The position numbers and the translations under genes were made by a program. 41,225 bases of DNA, from the IMG/VR virus record IMGVR_UViG_3300036713_000359, positions 1-41,225 of that record; one strand, written 5' to 3'. The DNA comes from a virus. Lineage: Duplodnaviria > Caudoviricetes. The notes below the pieces were generated by a model that searched no databases, had not been told where the DNA came from, and saw nothing but the letters and a program-made list of their open reading frames with translations. This document shows, piece by piece, positions 37,700 to 41,225 of the stretch (positions are counted from its first letter, which is position 1; each line of letters begins with the position of its first letter).

Positions 37700-38770
37700 A
37701 TGGGAAGAAATTCAAAAGACGGGATCTATTTACCCGCTGGCCGTGTTGTTTGGTATTGCCGATTCACTGATTCTAAAGGTAAAAAAGCACGTTTATCAAC
37801 CGGTGAAAAGAACGAGAAAAAAGCACAGTTAGTCTGTTTGCAGATGATGCAAAAAGCCGATGCCGGCGAGCTTTCCCTGGAAGCTGAAAATATTACACTT
37901 CCACAGGTTTTGAACCTTTATTTTTCTGGCTATGGTGACAACCTTAAAAGCAGGGGATATCTATACGCCAGGGATAACCTGCTAAAATTCTTCAAAAATA
38001 AAAAATGGAGAGATATCTGTAAGCAGAATGGTAAAAACGTACTCAATTATATTAAAACACGCCAGAAGAAGGTGAAACCGGACACTATTAATAAAGAGTT
38101 GGGCTTATTGTCTGCAGCTGCTAATTATGTGCGCCAGCAGCAGGGAATCATGGTTGTTAATCCGGTACCAGGGAAAAAGCTGAAGGTTAAACGCTTTCAA
38201 TATTCTTGGATCACCGTTGAACAAGCTGAAAACCTGATTGATAAAGCAAAGACTTTGGATAAAGCACCTTACCTCGCTGATTACATCATTATTTCACTCA
38301 GTACCGGAATGCGCTTGAGTGAGGTACTGACCATTAAAAAATCATTTATCGATTTGAATAAAGGTTTTATCTATCTACCTACCACAAAATCAGATCAACC
38401 GCATGAAGTGCCAATGAGTGATCAAGTAAAAGACTCGGTTAAAAACCTGCTGAAAATGAGCCATAAAAAATCTGTGTGGCTTTTTACCCATGAAAATGGG
38501 GAACGCATTAAAAGCATACGCCGTGGATTTAAAACAGCCTGTGAAAAAGCGGGGATTGCAACCACAGACAGGAAAAAAGGAATACAGGGATTCAGGATAC
38601 ATGACCAGCGCCACACTGTAGCCAGTTGGTTAGTATCAAGCGGAACACCACTGGCAGACGTTCAGGATCTGTTAAATCATGAAAATATTCGCACAACAGA
38701 ACGCTATGCGCACCTGGCTCCTGAAAACCGTATCAAAACAGTAAAATCACTCCCAAAACTGACAAAGTAA
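37700..38770 (+). CDS. int: Phage integrase (tyrosine recombinase with arm-binding N-terminus)
   Basis: WYCRFTD...STG N-domain; TGMR, TKS, HDQRH, LNH, RY; adjacent to attP. Confidence 0.92.
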   Translation: MGRNSKDGIYLPAGRVVWYCRFTDSKGKKARLSTGEKNEKKAQLVCLQMMQKADAGELSLEAENITLPQVLNLYFSGYGDNLKSRGYLYARDNLLKFFKNKKWRDICKQNGKNVLNYIKTRQKKVKPDTINKELGLLSAAANYVRQQQGIMVVNPVPGKKLKVKRFQYSWITVEQAENLIDKAKTLDKAPYLADYIIISLSTGMRLSEVLTIKKSFIDLNKGFIYLPTTKSDQPHEVPMSDQVKDSVKNLLKMSHKKSVWLFTHENGERIKSIRRGFKTACEKAGIATTDRKKGIQGFRIHDQRHTVASWLVSSGTPLADVQDLLNHENIRTTERYAHLAPENRIKTVKSLPKLTK

Positions 38771-38796
38771 CTATTTACGCTTATAAAATCATGAAG

Positions 38797-39047
38797 TGTG
38801 CTTTTATTGTGCTTATATCCGCACACATTACCTTATTTAAGCACATTACCATCCACCTAAATAATTGATTAACTTCAAAATTTAACACAAGCCGCTCCCC
38901 TGCTAAGGGAGTATACGGTTTATCCCGTATCGAGGGTTCGAATCCCTCCTTCTCCGCCATCTATAAGGCTTTCAGCCTTTCCATTAAATCCTTATCTATT
39001 CCATAAATACAGAGTGTGCCTTTATCTGTGCTTTTACTGTGCTTTTA
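38797..39047 (+). other. attP region with arm-type repeats TGTGCTTTTA
   Basis: Copies at 38797 and 38808 (left) and at 39015, 39027 and 39038 (right), around a tRNA fragment; IHF-like site at 39077-39090. Confidence 0.8.
38893..38959 (+). other. attP core: 3' portion of tRNA-Ser(GCU)
   Basis: Anticodon arm CTCCC-CTGCTAA-GGGAG, long variable arm, GGTTCGAATCC, CCA end; the 5' acceptor strand and D-arm are absent. Confidence 0.9.
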
Positions 39048-39121
39048 TAATTACAAGACTTTAACGGTTTTGCATGTAAGTTGTTGATATTTGCTTTTCA
39101 TCTCAAAGTAGGGGGGGGGGC

Positions 39122-39399
39122 TGGGAGAATGGTCTAAAAGGTAAGTTTTTTTATTTTATGTTATAAGTATATGATTATACTAAATATATTTAAATCTAAA
39201 AAGGTAAGGAAAACGGTTATCAAATGGTAAGTTTCTTACCTTTTAAAAGGTAATTTATCAAAAAACTAAGTTACTGATTTATATACAATTAACTTTTTAC
39301 TTACCTTTTACTTACCATTCAATGGTAAGTTTTTATTTGTTATTTATCATATAGTTACAATGCAAAAAACCATAACTTACCTTTTAGACTATTCTCCCA
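39122..39399. repeat. AT-rich origin-like region with GGTAAG/CTTACC iterons, bounded by 26-bp inverted repeats
   Basis: 39122-39147 vs 39374-39399, 25/26 complementary; multiple GGTAA(G) copies in both orientations. Confidence 0.75.
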
Positions 39400-39456
39400 C
39401 ACCATAGGGGTTTCTCAGCGTGATAATTTGTATGTCATAATGTTATTTTTTACTGT

Positions 39457-40485
39457 TTGGTGGTTTTTATGAGTGGTGATCATGATATTTTGGCGAGCTA
39501 TTTATACTATTTGGAGCATGACCTGGACCGTGCTCAAAATACCAGTTCCACTTATCGTTTGTTTTTGGTTCGGTTTATTGATTTTTTGGAGAGTAAGAAC
39601 AGCCATATTTTAGAATGTGGGTCGAATCTTGTTTTTGAGTATGCTGAGATAGAATCGCATCGAAAGGAATTAAGCAGAGCCAGCCGCCATCCTTTGGTTG
39701 CTGCATTGAAAAGTTTTTTTAAGTGGCTTCATTTTAAAAATTACCGTGATGATAATCCAGCGAAATCATTGAAGTATCCGAAGAAGGGCCGGAAGCTTCC
39801 TATACCTATGACCAACGAAAATGCAGAACGGTTGATGTTGAAGATACCGCTTGATACGTTAAAAGGTGTTCGTGATGCGGCCATTATCGCTATGTTTTTA
39901 GGTACGGGTATGCGCCTGGGTGGGTTGGTTGGGTTGAATGAATCCAGTCTGAGCGTGATCGAGGTGGATGGGGACAAGCGATTTATTGTCAAATCATTAG
40001 AGAAAGGCAACAAAGAGCACCTGAAACCTTTACCGAATAGTGTGGTGCTGTATCTGAAAGCTTATCTATCTCACCCGGATCTTGATGCTATCGACCGCAA
40101 GTTACCCAATGGGGATAAAGTTTTATTCATTTCTACAACTAATACGACGGTATCACCTGAAGATTATTATGGCGAGACCAGGCGATTATGCGAACGATCT
40201 GTACAAAGAATGATGGAGGTGTACGGTAATAAGGCTGGAATTCCACGCAATCAATGTCATCCACACGCCTTGCGCCATTCATTCGCTACTGAATTAGTCG
40301 AGGATAACGTGGATTTAAAGCACGTCCAGTCTTTACTAGGCCATGCCAATCTTAATACAACCGCTATTTATATTACTGTTGCCATCAGAAAGACGCTGGC
40401 CATTGTTGATAAGTCTTCACCGATTGCAAAGATCAACACACCCGTAACAGACCTGGCTGGAATCATGGCCGCAAGCGGGCTTTGA
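39457..40485 (+). CDS. XerC/XerD-like tyrosine recombinase (start probably 39469)
   Basis: SAM-like N-domain, NPA...PK..RKLP, RD.AI, TGMR, KGNKE, HPHALRHSFAT, LLGH, IY. Confidence 0.9.
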   Translation: MVVFMSGDHDILASYLYYLEHDLDRAQNTSSTYRLFLVRFIDFLESKNSHILECGSNLVFEYAEIESHRKELSRASRHPLVAALKSFFKWLHFKNYRDDNPAKSLKYPKKGRKLPIPMTNENAERLMLKIPLDTLKGVRDAAIIAMFLGTGMRLGGLVGLNESSLSVIEVDGDKRFIVKSLEKGNKEHLKPLPNSVVLYLKAYLSHPDLDAIDRKLPNGDKVLFISTTNTTVSPEDYYGETRRLCERSVQRMMEVYGNKAGIPRNQCHPHALRHSFATELVEDNVDLKHVQSLLGHANLNTTAIYITVAIRKTLAIVDKSSPIAKINTPVTDLAGIMAASGL

Positions 40486-40777
40486 TTTATGCCCTTTTCA
40501 TCGCATAAGGTTCATACTACGATACTCCACATTCTTTATGCCTTATCAAACTCAATGGCTGTAGCAGGTGCCATAACAGGCAAAATAAACGAGAACAAAT
40601 ATTTATAGGGTGTTGCGCTTAATATACTAATGCGCAGTTGAGTAGATGCACTGGCTATGTTTATCAATGGTTTAGGGTGTGGGTATTTACGGTAATGCGC
40701 AGTTGATTATGGATAGTTGGGTGTTTGGGTAGGGGGTGGGGGTTCGGCATATAGATTGGTTCTATCTGGTTGGTAGT

Positions 40778-41225
40778 GTGGGTACCAGTACATCTGCATG
40801 AGTTTAAAGTTTTAATGTGTTAAAATTTTCGAAAAATTAACAAATAAGCTATAAGCATCAATTAAATGCAAAAGCTCCTATTTTTCAGCGATGGAAACAG
40901 GGGCTTTTTTTTGGACGGTAAAAATTGGCAGAGAATAAAACATTAGCGTTTAAATGCGATCAGTGCTCGGAAAAATTCCGCACGGACGATTATGTGCGCA
41001 TTGACCTGCCTTCACGTGACTTCCATCCTTATGATTACCTGGCTACTTGCCCGAACTGCAAGCACGAGGGGGTTGAGGTTGAACAATGGCAGATCAACCT
41101 GTTTAAAGCCTGGTCTAATGCCACAGGCCCAAAAAATACGGATCTATCCCGCTTTAATGCGATCACCCACGGCCTGACGGCGGAAGTCGCGCAGGCCCAT
41201 CCTGCCCGGCCAGGCGGATATGATG
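40778..41225. repeat. Terminal direct repeat, copy 2, containing the 5' part of a variant terminase small subunit gene (TTG at 40925)
   Basis: Offset of 40777 bp from copy 1. Confidence 0.97.

Noticed and set aside
36574-38770. Either flanking recombinase as a bona fide IntI
   Set aside because: Neither shows the IntI-specific insertion; one is coupled to the IS91-like transposase, and the other has an arm-binding domain and its own attP
38893-38959. Complete tRNA-Ser gene
   Set aside because: The 5' acceptor strand and D-arm are missing; it fits an attP core
40727-40734. Functional KOPS motif GGGTAGGG
   Set aside because: An isolated octamer in a G-rich tract could arise by chance or belong to a packaging signal

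Overview
The window is an apparently complete temperate tailed phage with a unit length of 40,777 bp. Bases 1-448 recur at 40778-41225 with 15 substitutions. The long non-contractile tail is inferred from tube, chaperone, tape measure and TipJ-like genes with no sheath, and the host is probably a gammaproteobacterium. Gene order: packaging; Mu-like head genes, including a fused protease-scaffold-capsid protein; lysis genes with an embedded Rz/Rz1 pair; neck and tail genes with a G/T-type -1 frameshift and a DUF2829/Tad2-like moron; a repressor/RHH/CII switch; an early operon with a P4-type primase-helicase; an integrase with attP (3' part of tRNA-Ser GCU); an origin-like repeat region; and a XerC-like recombinase. 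The most striking feature is at 33.8-37.6 kb. Four attC-like hairpins separate small genes, with exact cassette-type core-site complementarity for three units, and the array ends in an attI-like site with direct repeats. No convincing integron integrase is present, the genes point opposite to the canonical attC polarity, and an IS91-like/tyrosine-recombinase element occupies the attI-proximal slot. All family assignments come from recognising motifs by eye. No database searches were run.
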